In this document: positions 1-12,379 of the stretch, piece after piece
Position numbering within the stretch: the stretch's first letter is position 1
Layout: each line of letters opens with the position of its first letter
NCBI GenBank assembly: GCA_965655095.1
Contig: OZ296650.1
Location: forward strand, 94,178,001-94,242,000
DNA: 64,000 bases
Direction of reading: 5' to 3'
Origin: Haplodiscus bocki
Taxonomy: Eukaryota
Position numbers and translations under genes: made by a program
The notes under the pieces: generated by a model
Seen by the model: only the letters and a program-made list of their open reading frames with translations
What the model was told of the DNA's origin: nothing
The model's database searches: none

Positions 1-2042
1 TTGAATTACTGATTGGTAACTTTTTTAACTGCCTGCAGAAGAAGCGCCTACGCGGTACCCTGGAATGAATGAGTGCAATTCATAGTAGAGCGGGGGGCAA
101 GTCAAGAGAAAGAAGACGTCAACGGTCAACGCTGTAATTGGTGTTTCTAAGTCACGGCCAAGACTGCAGGAGGAGACGACCGCCTCAGAATCTGAGAGTG
201 ACACTGGCTCATCCACTGTGTTTGGCAACCTGGGGAGGAAAGGAAAGCGCAGAGTTATGAACTTCCACATTGATGAGTCGTGGGAAAACTTGTACACTGA
301 CAACAAAACTGATGTTTTGTTCTCACACTGTGGAGTCCCTTTCGATGTGTAAAAAAGTAGTGTAGCCTTGTAGCTTTCGTAATCGTTTGCCTGTGGTCCA
401 ACAAAGAAAAAAAGGAACTGGAGTGAGTAAAAACGAAAACATAGGAATAATGCAAACAGCCAGAAAAATTTATCAGTCTACTATAGAGGTAGCCTTTTTG
501 GTGACTTGTTCAAACTTTTGCAACTGAGTTTACTTTTTTCACAAGAGTTGTAGACTGACTGTGATAAATTAAGAGGTGGTGGCTAGGCAAATGAAGTGAA
601 GGGAAATTTAAAAGGATGTTTTGATGTTTGAACGTAGTTTTTTGATTGGCAACCGAATGGTTGCTTTGAATTTCTTAGTTAAGTCGTATGTTCAAGTTGA
701 ACTGTTGAGCAACGGGTACATCATATTTGAAAATAAACTCTCAACTTGAACGCTACATCACTGCGTTTTACCTATCACAAAAGTACACAAGGTCTTAAAA
801 GTTTCGTTCTGTTTTTTGAATTGATTAAATATGGTAGCTCAAGAGGAAGTCACTATGGTATGCTATGTCATGGTTTGTAAGTTTTTAAGGCCACATACAC
901 AGTTGAAAACAGTGTTGGTGACGTTTAGAGTATGTAGTGTGGCGGAAGAGCCTTTAGATGAATCCTTTTTCATTTAATTTGAAGGATTTAAGATAAAGGT
1001 TATTTCCATAACTGTTTTTTGTTACATTTTATTTATGTTTTGGTAATAATGATTGTAATGGCCGTGGTTTTGGGACTGCTCCACATGGGGAGTGAATGGT
1101 GTATGCAATAGTACGCTTTTTGGTGTTTTTCATCAAAATGAAAGTTCAGAAAAGTGTTCAACGTTTGTGCATGAAGCTGTGGGTAGGCTTGACTAAACTT
1201 TTAAGAGATTCCGCGTTGTGCACACATTACCAGGTGTATAATGAAAGGTAGGGAGGGTGTTAAGCTGACTATTTTGCACTTCATTTTTTAAGATAAACGT
1301 AATTGTGTACAATGAAAGTTAAACAGGACATGAGTTCTCAAGCATTTTATGAAGCGCATAAATTCTTTTACGCGGAATCGTTTGACATCTTCTAAGTCTT
1401 CTAGCAGGAAGTGGGTAGTGTTTTGCTTGTAAGTTTCAAATGGAAGATGTCTGAGTATTACTGAGTTAAGCGTTGGACGCCGAGTTGGAGTGTCTCGTAT
1501 TACAAAAAATGAAATGGAATTTGTCGACGCGCGCATGCAACTCGTTCCATAATGGTAAGGACCAATAGCCACGTAACAAGAGTCTCAGGCATCATCAACA
1601 AAACGTTTTGCAAAAAAATTTTGATAGTCTTCCATTTTAGGTATTTTTTTTGCGAATTTTTCCGACATTGGATTTTTGCTGAATTTGTGCATTGGGTAGT
1701 TTTGAGAAACACGCGGCGTTGGATTGCAGCATTGGTTGTAGTTTGAACATTGAGCTCGCAGTGGAGGTTCAAGAGGTGCTAGAAAGTCGGTCACCGGCTC
1801 ACAGGTTTGCAGTACAACGTCACAGTTGTGGGCGTTCACTTCTGTTGAAGTGATTTCAGGACTACGAACAACCTGGTACTGTTCTTCAGCTGGTGACGGC
1901 TGACGTTTGGGTTGGTCCACTTCTGTGGTTCCAGATGGGAGGATCGCAAAAGGATCGTGGTACGAGAATTGATGAATAGTGGGTCCCTTGAAAACAAGAT
2001 AGACGACGCCTGGAGATCGATGTGTCTCTGGTTCAAGGGGAT

Positions 2043-3000
2043 TTAAAATATCCTGTGGATATTCGTTTTCGGAGTTTTCCGTGCCGCAGGCAGCAGTTTT
2101 GTGGTGGGGTAAACGTCGTTTTGTTTCGCTGCCAAAATTTTGGGCAGGTCAGTAACGCCAGGATCACAGTAGAACTGCAATTCATTCACTTGCACACGAA
2201 GAACAATCGCTTGAAGAATTTTTTTGCGGAGAGGCATGCAGCGAACGCAATTTGTTTTGTGTCAGCTATTTTTCCGCATAATGCAAGTTGAGTGTGAGAG
2301 AATTTACAATACTTTCTTGGAACGCTCCAGAGAAACGTTTCAAGTTGCGTTCTATTGGATTGAGTATGGTTATTGGGACTGACTAGGAAGGTGTAGTGGC
2401 CTATTTTTTAAAGTTGAGTTTCAGCTTTTCGTTTGTTAACGGTTATTTTACTCGTAAAAAGATTCTGATACATTGGACTTTTTTCTTTGTATTTTTGGTT
2501 GACTTCGTCATTCAATGTCCTAGAGTCTCTTTTGGAACAACGAAGAGTTGACATGAGGTTGCTGATTGCAAGTTCTAGCGTGTACTGTGGGACGTGTTCG
2601 TGGTCAAGTGGGCATTCTATGGACTGGTGGTATGTGATGTTATAAGCCATTACAGTCAAATTGACTTTTACAAAATGCCTCTCAACTTTCCAGGACCTCC
2701 TCCGATTAAGTCAAAAGTTTGCGCAAGTTTCAGTGTCGCGTGGTCAATTTTGATTCTACGTGCGTTTATCCATTGGGCCATGACCTGTGAGGTAAAAACG
2801 GCTCGTCTATGAAGGAGGATGTGCTGGTGTACGTGGGTGTGTTGTGCAATGAGCTTTAACAAAGCGCAGACTACAGAAGTAGTGTCTGATGTAAGGAGCA
2901 ATAGGGCAAAGATGAATCTGGAGAACCCAATGCCAGCGGTAGAGACATAGGAGCGAGGCAGTTCACCATTGGCGCGAGGCAGTTCACCTACAAGGTCAAA
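2043..3000 (-). pseudogene. Gypsy integrase core remnant
   Basis: 'DLVGELPR', 'SVVCALLKLIAQHTHVHQHILLHRRAVFTSQVM..IKIDHATLKLAQTFDLI' (DDE core with catalytic residues lost), then 'VMAYNITYHQSIEC'. A short tandem duplication (gcgaggcagttcacc x2) lies at ~2953-2987. Confidence 0.8.
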
Positions 3001-3631
3001 ATCTATGATATCTTCATTTCCCTCGCACAGGTATTAGAATCGCTCCAAGGGTCTAAAGAAAAGTGCATGCAACTTTTCTTACAGGGCTCAGTCAATTTAC
3101 ACCTTTAGCAAACGTCGACGTACGACTGAACATTAGGAGCTATGTTAGCTGCATTAAAACGTTTGCGATAGTCTTGCAACGTTTTTGATGAGCCGCAGCG
3201 TCCCTGCTTGGTAGTTTTATGCAGTTTTTTGATAACATCATCATTAAAAATGTCAGACACTACTATCTAATTACTTGTGACTTTACCTGTGTGATCGACT
3301 AACATCGGTTGCGGACGTCAGAGACTTTGTTAAGCCTGTTGAACTTGTAAAACAATTTTTCAATAAACGATACGGTAAAGAAAAATTGACCGTCGCAGAT
3401 GATTTGAATCATCCATTGAATAACGAGGATTTTCGGGTGAGCGGGAATTAACGTGGAATCCCCATGCGGATAGTCCTCGTTCAATACCGAGCGATGGTAC
3501 GAGCTCCTCGCAAAACCTGGAGGAAGTAGTCTGGTTGATATCAGTTGCCCGTGTTACGTTTGAATGTAGTGATGCTCATGTGCAGTTTGATTATTTTGTC
3601 TCTCAGTCAGAATTCATCATCACTCTCTTCA

Positions 3632-4680
3632 TCACGACCGGTGACCAAATGCATCGGCTTGCCTGTCAGGCAGACTTGTAGGTATTGCTTGATCTGATGA
3701 AGTCACCTCGTCGGGGTTGAAGTCTTCTTCATACTCATCTTTTTTAGGCGTTCCGGAGGCCAAATCTATCTTAATGTGCGGAAATGGGATCAAGTCAGTC
3801 ATCTTCAAGTGAACTATAACTGCAATTGCTTTATCTATTCGAGCCAGAAAGTCCGCAGCTGATTTTCCGCTGCCTAGTACCTGACCTGAATTGGAGTTAA
3901 ACTGGTCAAGTTGATCACAGAAATTTTGCATCTCTGGAAGAAACTTCTCTGCCTGAAGAAACTGGGTCAGTGCCATGCTTTCAGACGTTTTTTTTATGTG
4001 CTTTTCAAAACCCCTTAAAATGTAGCAAAATTCGTCGACGGTGGAAAGCACTGCTGAGATTTCCTTAGCGTACATTGTGAAGGTTATTCGTTTTGGGGTA
4101 AACTGCGTAGAAGCTAGAGTTACCGTTGCGTATGTCTTACTCCGCTCCCCAATGTTTATTTTGTACTCTTCAATGAGTGACTTTTATCCTGCTGCTTGTT
4201 CGCTTAAGTGGCGCATATTGAGCTCCTGTTCAAGCAAGAGCAGTCCTCAGGATAGTTTGATTGCTTTGGTTAGGTTTTTGTTGAAGGCAAAAAAGCTCTT
4301 TCTATGCAATTGTGTCAACTGAAACTTGATTTTACTCCAAGAAAGTTGATACAACGGGATCAGTTTGTCGGCTAGTTCAAATAAAAATAGTCTGTAAAGT
4401 TAATCAACCCCATACATCGTTGCAGTGACTTCACTGCTGTATGAAGGTTGCACCTGGTTGAAAATTCGTCAGTTTTTGAAACGGTGGCTTTTTTTTTTGC
4501 TTGCTTATTGTTTCTTTATGAGTATATTTTCATCTCGGCTAAACGTAAATGTTTCAAAGACAGTGTCAAGACGGTGAATTGCAAGTTCCAAAACTTCAAT
4601 GAATTCTTCTCCAGCATGGGCCACTTCACCCTCGTATCATCGGTCCACTAGGCGCATCTGTCTGCTTCCGCTACAGGTTC
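3632..4680 (-). pseudogene. Gypsy RT C-terminus / RNase H remnant
   Basis: 'MYAKEISAVLSTVDEFCYIL..ALTQFLQA..AADFLAR' matches the RNase H E..A and ADxLSR motifs; upstream 'SEQAAG' corresponds to DASxxAxG. Confidence 0.8.
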
Positions 4681-5149
4681 AAAATACTCTCGAAAAAACT
4701 GTTAGTTCAGGAGAATACATTGTTCAAACAATGGGTTAGTCTCTATTTTTATTTCAAATCGACTAAAAAAACTGATAGACAGAAACTAATTGAACTGACT
4801 ATCTGCCACGTGAAGGCTAAAGCCAAATTTAGGCTTGAATTTGTGGACTCTCCGCATGAAGTACCGATTTCAACAGGAGGCTGACGACATCGTTTGGCTA
4901 TATTTATTTCCGCAATTTCGATTCGAACACTTTTACATTAAATCCAAAGAGCGCGTTTTTGTTTCTTTCTATTCTGAGTGGCGTGAGTCTAATTTCAAGA
5001 CTGCTCATCTTCGGTTTCTCGAAAAGTAAATTCGCTAGGTTGTTGAGATACTCCACTCGCCCATAATTTAAACTGTTTGGTACGACTTCATGGAATGCTT
5101 CTGGAATTTTTTGTTTTCATCAATTCCGTGTTTGCATTAGGGGAAACTT

Positions 5150-6150
5150 TGGTTTGTATGTGCTCTTTTTCGCTGTTGAGGCAACTGCGGGCAGCGTTTT
5201 CTGTGTAACCCCAGATTGCAGAATAAATCAGAACTACACTATGGGCTTCTGGTGACTGGTCTTATTCCTTCTGTTCTCTCTGATTGTGTTTTTTTACAAA
5301 ACTCCTTTGAGCAAAATTCCAGTTACGGTTCAAGGTCACCTTTTTTGCGACAAAAATGACAAACTCCGTTGAAAATGGGATGATTGGTCGATCTTCATTG
5401 GTTTTCTTTTGGATTGTCGCTTGGGCTGTTTGTTATCGTACACATCCATGAAGATCCATTAAGGCAATGTTTGCAGCAACGGCTGCTGTTAAAAGAGGTG
5501 TCTGTGAACAATGGTCTCAAAAACTTCCTTGAATGGTTCTGTTTTCCTACATTGGAATTTTTGAGTTGAAATTGGACTGGCAGCATTCGAAAAGTGATGT
5601 TTCCAACAGCTTAGTGCTTTTTTCTCCAGCTGCTAACTTTTTACACTGTTTTCAGGATTTTTGAAAAAAAAATCGATGGGTTGTAGACTAGCTGATTCTC
5701 TTTGGATTTTGAAGTTTCTATATATTCGTCTTCGTTGAGACTTTGTTGAGTTTATCCGAGATTTCTTACAGTGTCCTTTCTGGCGAGTTACTTGGAGTTT
5801 GCCAAACTCCTACGGCTTCGTTGCGGAAGAGACTCTGAAAACAGTCGTATTTGTTGTCCACTGTGATGCGACTCTGGTGTGCTCGCAAGTTGTTGAAAAG
5901 GTGTTGATCAAATTCATGAACGGTCACTTTGGAGCTTTAGATTATGGGTAAGTTCTCGTACAGCTTTGTCGTTTGGGTAGCATCGCGTTGAAGGATGTGT
6001 GGCAGATGGTGGCTGATTGTCACGACGTGGTGCATGTTTGTGCTTGTGATATGACGCGGCCTATAATTCGGCAACATCCAGTATAAGTACCGAGCAAAAA
6101 AATTCTTTTTGGAGTTAAACATTAATTTAGGGAGAAAAAAATGCAACAAT
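5150..6150 (-). pseudogene. Gypsy gag remnant with CCHC-knuckle traces
   Basis: Capsid-like helical segment followed by CxxC knuckle remnants at ~5335-5375 and ~5185-5235. Confidence 0.6.
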
Positions 6151-6309
6151 CAAATAACAGTTTTTGCAATTCAAAAACCAAGTGCTCCGCGGTAGTAGAG
6201 AGTTTAGTTAAGGTGTGGCTGTGAGTTATGTTTGTCAAGGGTGCCTACTGTACGCTGTTGACTTGTCTAGTTGATTCTAACTAGTGCACCTGTCTCACGA
6301 CTTAAGCTT

Positions 6310-6326
6310 GTCGTGTTCGGTGACCA
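6310..6326 (-). promoter_or_regulatory. Candidate primer-binding site (TGGTCACCGAACACGAC)
   Basis: Starts with TGG just upstream of gag and loosely resembles the tRNA-Lys PBS TGGCGCCCGAACAGGGAC. Confidence 0.35.
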
Positions 6327-8099
6327 ACTATCGTGAATTGTTCACGTGACAAAATGCTGCGATTATACTGGTTAGTTGTTCTAGCATCTTCAGCACCACT
6401 TTAAAGAAACTGGTAATATGACATCAACTCCATCAAGACAGCCTTGATTAGGTAGCTCATTTTGGTTTGCTTCACGCCAATGCTTCTTTTGGCTGATGTC
6501 AAAACTTGCGTAACGTACCGTAATCAACAAAGAGTAATTTCCAACACAAATATGAGAGCCCAGTTCAGCGCCTTTACATCTAAACCGTAAAGAGGGACGA
6601 GTAACGCACCGCCTTAGGCAGTACTCATCGATGATGCTCAAAATAGCAATGAACGAAATCAATCCTAGCACAGAATTTGAAGCTGGTTGATTTAACTGAC
6701 ATGTTTTTCAAAAAGCAAGTGATGCTTGGTGATGTAAAAAAATCGTTAAACAAGCGTTGAAACAAATAACGCGAGATTAGCGTGTAATAGTGCACGTCGA
6801 CGTCGATGTCAATCTTTAATAAATATATTAAAGATAATCACCTTCAAAAGTGATAGAAAAAATAAAATTTAACGGAGTGGCTGTGATATCGTGTTTTGAT
6901 CAGAAAACTGAACAAAAAGTTCATATTTTAGGTGATAAAACAGAAGTCCAAGAGCTTCACATATAGAACGTAAGCAAATCGCATATTCATACGTTCAATT
7001 TTTGCATCTTGCCAAGGCGTGGCACTTCGAAGCAGAAATTATATACTTACTTCAGTATCCGGCGTTTCAAATTTTTAGATGAAAAGGTCGAATATGTCAC
7101 TACAAAAACGAAAGCTTTCGATACTGAAAACTGCGTGGACGGAAAAATTGATTTTGATAAACTTGAGTTGAGGGAAAAAAATTATACGACGCTGAATTAA
7201 ACCCGGCAGAAAGTCCAGCTGCTACAGAGCTCCTTCTATTTAATTTTTGCTTTTCGTGATACATTGGGAGGCCTGATACTAATTATTTTTCAACAGTGCA
7301 ATCTAATAGGAATTGTGCCGGAAATAATAGTTGCTAAACTCTGTTCAAGTGATCTTCGTTTTCGGGGCGACCTGGGTTGAACACACAAGCAAGATATCAG
7401 TGGGCATTCTTAGTAAGACAAGGATCGGTTCTAGAAGAAACCAGTGATAATCTGGTATGAAGCGAGGGATGCACCCAAGTGGTCTACTAAGTTAACCTCG
7501 GGTCCAACTTTGGGACATTAGTAAGCTATCCATGGGCCCAGTCCATACGTATTACATGTTTGTGTGGTTTTCTAAAAAAAGTTTGCAATCCACCAAAAAA
7601 TAAACCTATTTATGTATCTGGGTTCAAATCCGATGAGCTTTATACCCGTTGAAGGTTTTTTGAGAGGGAGCTTCTCTGGGACAGGGATAAAGAAGATTCT
7701 GAAAACATGTGTTTATGAAGGCCTAGTTTTTTTTAGAAAAACTGAACATTTTTGGGAAAAATAACGCATCTTGTCTCTTTCGATGAAAACATTCATGACA
7801 TTCTGTCAACATACGCCAAACGTTTGTTTCTGAATTGAATGTTAGATAAGTACTACATTTCTGCAGAAAGAAACACGAAACACAAAAAAATAGTGATTCC
7901 AATCTCTTCGAAAGCTTAAATAATCAAAGCTTTGTTTCGGGGGTTTGAATGAAGCGACTGATTTTTATTGTTTGCACTTTAATAGCATTTTCATTTTGAG
8001 GCTTCGCGCGAACCGAAAACTTTATTGTTAGTTTTACATTTGGGTAACATTTCTTGAAGTCATTCAATTTTGACGGGGCATAGTTTTTTTAAAAAAACC

Positions 8100-11000
8100 T
8101 TCCATATTGGTTGTTCGGTAAAGTAAGTTTGAGCATGAGTAAGAATTTTGCATGCTTTTTTCCGCAGCGGACTCTTCAAGAAGAAAAATATCGAAAACGC
8201 CGATTTTTTACCGAGTCATCTGCCCACTGCGTTTATGATCTTGGACGACCATTTACTCGTTACCCATGGGCCTAATACACTTTCTTCACGCTTGAGCTGT
8301 CACTCAATTTTGAATTCGACCGTGCTAAAAGCTTTCGGCAGCCGAAAATTTTTCGCCGCCAAAAAAAGGGCTAAAATAAATGAGCAATTCTGTTTTTTCA
8401 ACCACGTGGTCATTAATTGCGATTTCCCGGGATCACACAGGGAAAAAGATCTTTTAATGCTAAGTAATCAAAGAAACAAGAGAACATGGTTCATTTGATG
8501 TTTTGTGGAAACTTGTGGCTCTTTTTGGCTGAGATTTAGCAAAAGTTTTCGAAAAGTGTTAAAACTCATGTTTCTCCGCTTTCCCATCAGTACAAAGTCC
8601 AATCATTTTACTAGGTTCTCCATCTGGTGCAACAAACTTCCAAAAACCAATGCAATTTATCGCAGGTGAGGAAGACCTTTCGAAATGTTTTCGGCAGTTT
8701 GCGGCTGAAGAAAATTGACAGTGACCTCGACTTCTCTTGACATCTAATGAGTTGCTCCTGCACACTTCGATTGTATTTGAAAGGAGAACCTCACTGTCTT
8801 AAAAGCGGTGTAAGAGCGTTTTCTCGAGTATTTGTTTCGTTCTGTATACCATTCAGTTTTGAGAAAAGTCCGCCGATAGCGACTTTTTGGCCGAGGTTCA
8901 TGTTTTTTTTTTAAAAAAAAAACGAGTTTTTACACACCTTTTGTTTTCGCAGGGCGCACGCCTCGAAACATTGGGCAGCTGTTGCCTATTGAAAAAAAAA
9001 GTGTGTTTTCGGGTTCGACGTTTTTTTCGGATGACTTTTTTAAGGAGTTGCTTGTTGCCAAAACCTTTTTTTCTGTTGAAATTTGTTAACAACTGAGCTT
9101 TTTTCCGGAGACCGCCTGTCTTTCTACGAATAAAGAATCCGCAGAGGAATGAAAAAGCATGCCCCTGACAAATTGACCAGTTTTCTCCGGCATGAGGTAA
9201 AGCAAAAGAGTTTTCGACAGCCGAACAATTGGCAAAAACTTCAGTTTTTCTGAATTACTTGACTTTTAATCCAAGCAGAAACTCTCGAGTTTAATCAAAT
9301 TGTCAGAGTTACCTCTGTTGGTCATTGCGGAAAAGTGCAAATCAAAGTCCTATCCAACAGCTGAAATAACAATAGTAACATTGTGTGATAATTAGCTGAC
9401 AGTTTGTGGGCTATCTTTTGTTAAGCTTTTGCAGAAAAATTGGAAAAAAAAAAACATTTTTCTTCGGCTTTCCGTCATCGAAGCGGCATCTAATTGGTTT
9501 GATTTGCTTCGATATTGGATAAAAATATCCTCTGAGTACTAATACAATTTTACACGCTTCAAATCTTTTGTTTTTATTCAAAATTCTGGTTGATAAAAAG
9601 TCCTAAAAACTTTTCTCAACTTCAGGACATTTCCAACTTGAATCTCCCGTCTATCTTGAAGTTTTTAGCTCACTGTTCATTGTGCAAGTCGTGGAGGGAC
9701 TTCAGATTGTCCTAATATGTTTCAGGATTGTGTAAAAAGGAAGTTTTTTACTTTTCGCCGCCCGAATTCAAAAAGTTTGCGACAAAAATTGAAAAATTGA
9801 AGTGTCTTTCAGAAATTTCTACTGGTGTCGTTTCGCTGTCCGGAAGGAAGCTGGAATTGATATGCGTTAATAGTTCTGAACTTAAAAAATGCAGCTCCTC
9901 GAAGCCAAGGTGCAGCCCTCGTCGCACCTCTTTTTTTCTTTGCGTGACATTTTTGGGAGTCATTTTATTCTGAAATCTTTTTTCGAAAAAAGGTAGGACT
10001 TTGACTTTTCGCAAATTGTTCGTGAAGCGAATCAACCATCCAGTTGGTGCAGAAGAGAAGTCGATTTTTTGGTGGTGAGTTTTCAACTTCATTACCGTCA
10101 AAAACGTGGAAGTTGTACCAGAAAAGAATCTGTCCACTGCGTCTAAAGATTTTGAGGCTCAATTTTTTGTTAATCCTTGATCCAAAGTTTGTCCTTTCCT
10201 TCCTAAACGAATATGCGCTTAAGGTTGTGATTGACCAAACCTAAACAGGACTTCAAGTGAATTGTTTTTGCCGCCGGATTCTAGACCGAAGATTTGGACA
10301 TTGGGGCATTGTCAGAAAGCTAGTGGTAGTTATCCCTATTTTCGAGGTATTCTGTTGACTAGATTTTCTCGGTAGAAATTTGCCGAAATTGATCTGCAAA
10401 GAAAATGGAGACAGTCATCTTTCTCAGTTTCCCACATGCGTAAAAGCGTTAAAACGGCTTTTTTACAGTTTTTTTAGTGGAAAGCGAGTTTTTAAATCAG
10501 TCAATACCATCTCGGGTCGGGGATTTTTTTCTGCTGTTCTCAGCCAATTTCTGCAAATTTTTGCCATAGTGTTTCTCGCAAATTTAGCACTTTGAAAATT
10601 TTTCTCATTTAGCCTTTGATTAAGGCAGCTCATAACCACCTCTTTTAAACGTCGGAGACATTTAAAAGGCTGTTTCAGTGTCTTCAAAATTGTAAAATTG
10701 GCAAAGGTTTTCAGTTTCAGTTGTTCTTGTAGCAATGTTGGGAGTAAGATCTGTGAAGAAGGATTTTTTTGACAAAACGTTTTATAGCCGTTGCCTTGCT
10801 GCTCAGAAGTGGGTGTTTTGTGTGCGTGTCAATTGTTCTCAAGTTGGACAGCGCAGGTTCTCGAAGCCTAGGTACAATCTTCTTGGCACCTTTCTTTTTT
10901 TCTTTTCTCCAAAACTACAAACTGCTGAAAATCATTACGTTTTCAGACTAAAACAAAAGTTCTATCTTCTTTTGAGTTCATGGTGAAACTTTGTTTCTCA

Positions 11001-11860
11001 GTGCCTCCAAAACCGAGACAGGAATCCAAAATAAGTAGTTGCATTTTCAATTTCAGCGTCATCCTCGCCGAAAAAGTTTCGAACAAAAAAATTTCTTTTC
11101 CTGGTTATTCAACTGGAACTTTCACAAAAAGTGAAATACTGTTTTTGAATTACTACAATAAATCTCCGCGAAAAGACAAGAGACTGTTCTCTACAAGGCC
11201 TACAGAATTTCAGCATGGTAATTGATGAAGTAGTTTTTAGCACGAAGCTCTGGCAGCTTTTTCCGCTGCGAAAACGCGACTGATTTTGCAGAACTTTAGT
11301 TTCTGTGGAAAGTTTGTTTCGGAAATTCACTTTTTTCCGTCAACCATTTTAGTTTGGAGTTGAACTAAGTGGCACTAGTGCGTACAGTCGTCCAGTGGAT
11401 CCTCAAAAATCCACTCCAAGCCTTTTTCTTAGTCGAGCTTGCTTTTCGTCGCGGAAAAAATGAGTTCTCATCAAAGTTTTGTGAACGTTTCGGCGAAGAG
11501 ATTCGTTCCCGGCTACACCCTGTCTGCATAATGAGCCGCTCGCTAGTCATTGAATGCTTTTGAAGTGTGTCGTTGGAGAAGTTTCTCTGATAGAAGTTTT
11601 TCGCCAGAAAGTATTGAAAGTCAGTTTTCCTTTTTTCCGTCTTTATTACCTTGTTTTTGTGTAATGGAAATATTTGATCAACAATTAACAGTGAGTCACA
11701 TACATGCGGTGATTTTCCGCTCTTTTTACTTAAAGGCCATAGTCGATGCTGGCAGCGACCAAGTTCGGCTTCTGAGAGCATCCTCAGGAAAAACTCTGGG
11801 GAATTCAGCGATAAACAAATAATTCTATATTCTGCCCGATTCTTCATCGCCATTTTTTAT
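8100..11860 (-). pseudogene. Decayed coding region with an internally repeated domain (possibly PC4-like ssDNA-binding repeats), probably from a large DNA element
   Basis: Chain of broken minus-strand ORFs. 9861-9940 and 10822-10905 are diverged copies translating to 'EVRRGLHLGFEELHFL' and 'KVPRRLYLGFENL', reminiscent of the PC4 KKGISLxxEQWxxL motif. Confidence 0.3.
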
Positions 11861-12379
11861 GAAAATTAGCGCAACACAAGCCTGTTCAATAATATGGAAT
11901 AACTAGCGTTAATCGGAAAAGCATTAACTAACTACCAACCGTCCGGCAATTTTTTTAATGCATAGCGCTGAAATTAAACTTTAACCTCCCGATTGATAGT
12001 CTCCTAAAATTCCCAGTATATCCATTCCTTAAGTGGACACCTCGGTAATCTATAGTGAACAACACAAACGGTTTACTGAAGTTTCTGTTCAAAGGTGTTC
12101 AATTACGTAATTAACTGCTGTTGATGCAGTAACAATTGCTGTTTTAGGTGAATATAATTTGCTCGATGTTTCAGCCTAATAAACTTTTTTAAAGTTTTTA
12201 AGTGATTGAACGGCTAATCCGACTATTCGGTTAAGTAAGTGTAACCTGATTGAATCAAATAAATGACTTTGTAGATCGTAGGTGTTCGTTTTTGATATAA
12301 TTATGGTTTGTTTCGTATTTCTGAATACAGCTTGATCGAAATTAGAGAACTCTAGGTGAAGACTATTTACATTAGGAAA

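Larger units (their letters stand above)
1..6330 (-). mobile_element. Degenerate Ty3/Gypsy LTR retrotransposon (gag - PR/RT remnant - RNase H - integrase - extra 3' region), running off the left edge
   Basis: Minus-strand translation gives, in Gypsy order: gag-like 'FQSLFRNEAVGVWQT..LPVQFQ' (~5560-5860) and a Zn-knuckle remnant 'FNGVCHFCRKKG' (~5335-5375); RT remnant 'ADRCA*WTDD' (~4635-4665); RT thumb 'VKSLQRCMGLINF..ELADKLIPLYQL'; RNase H (ORF 3632-4075); integrase (ORFs 2668-2901, 2408-2659). Many stops and frameshifts; most of PR/RT is deleted. Confidence 0.85.
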
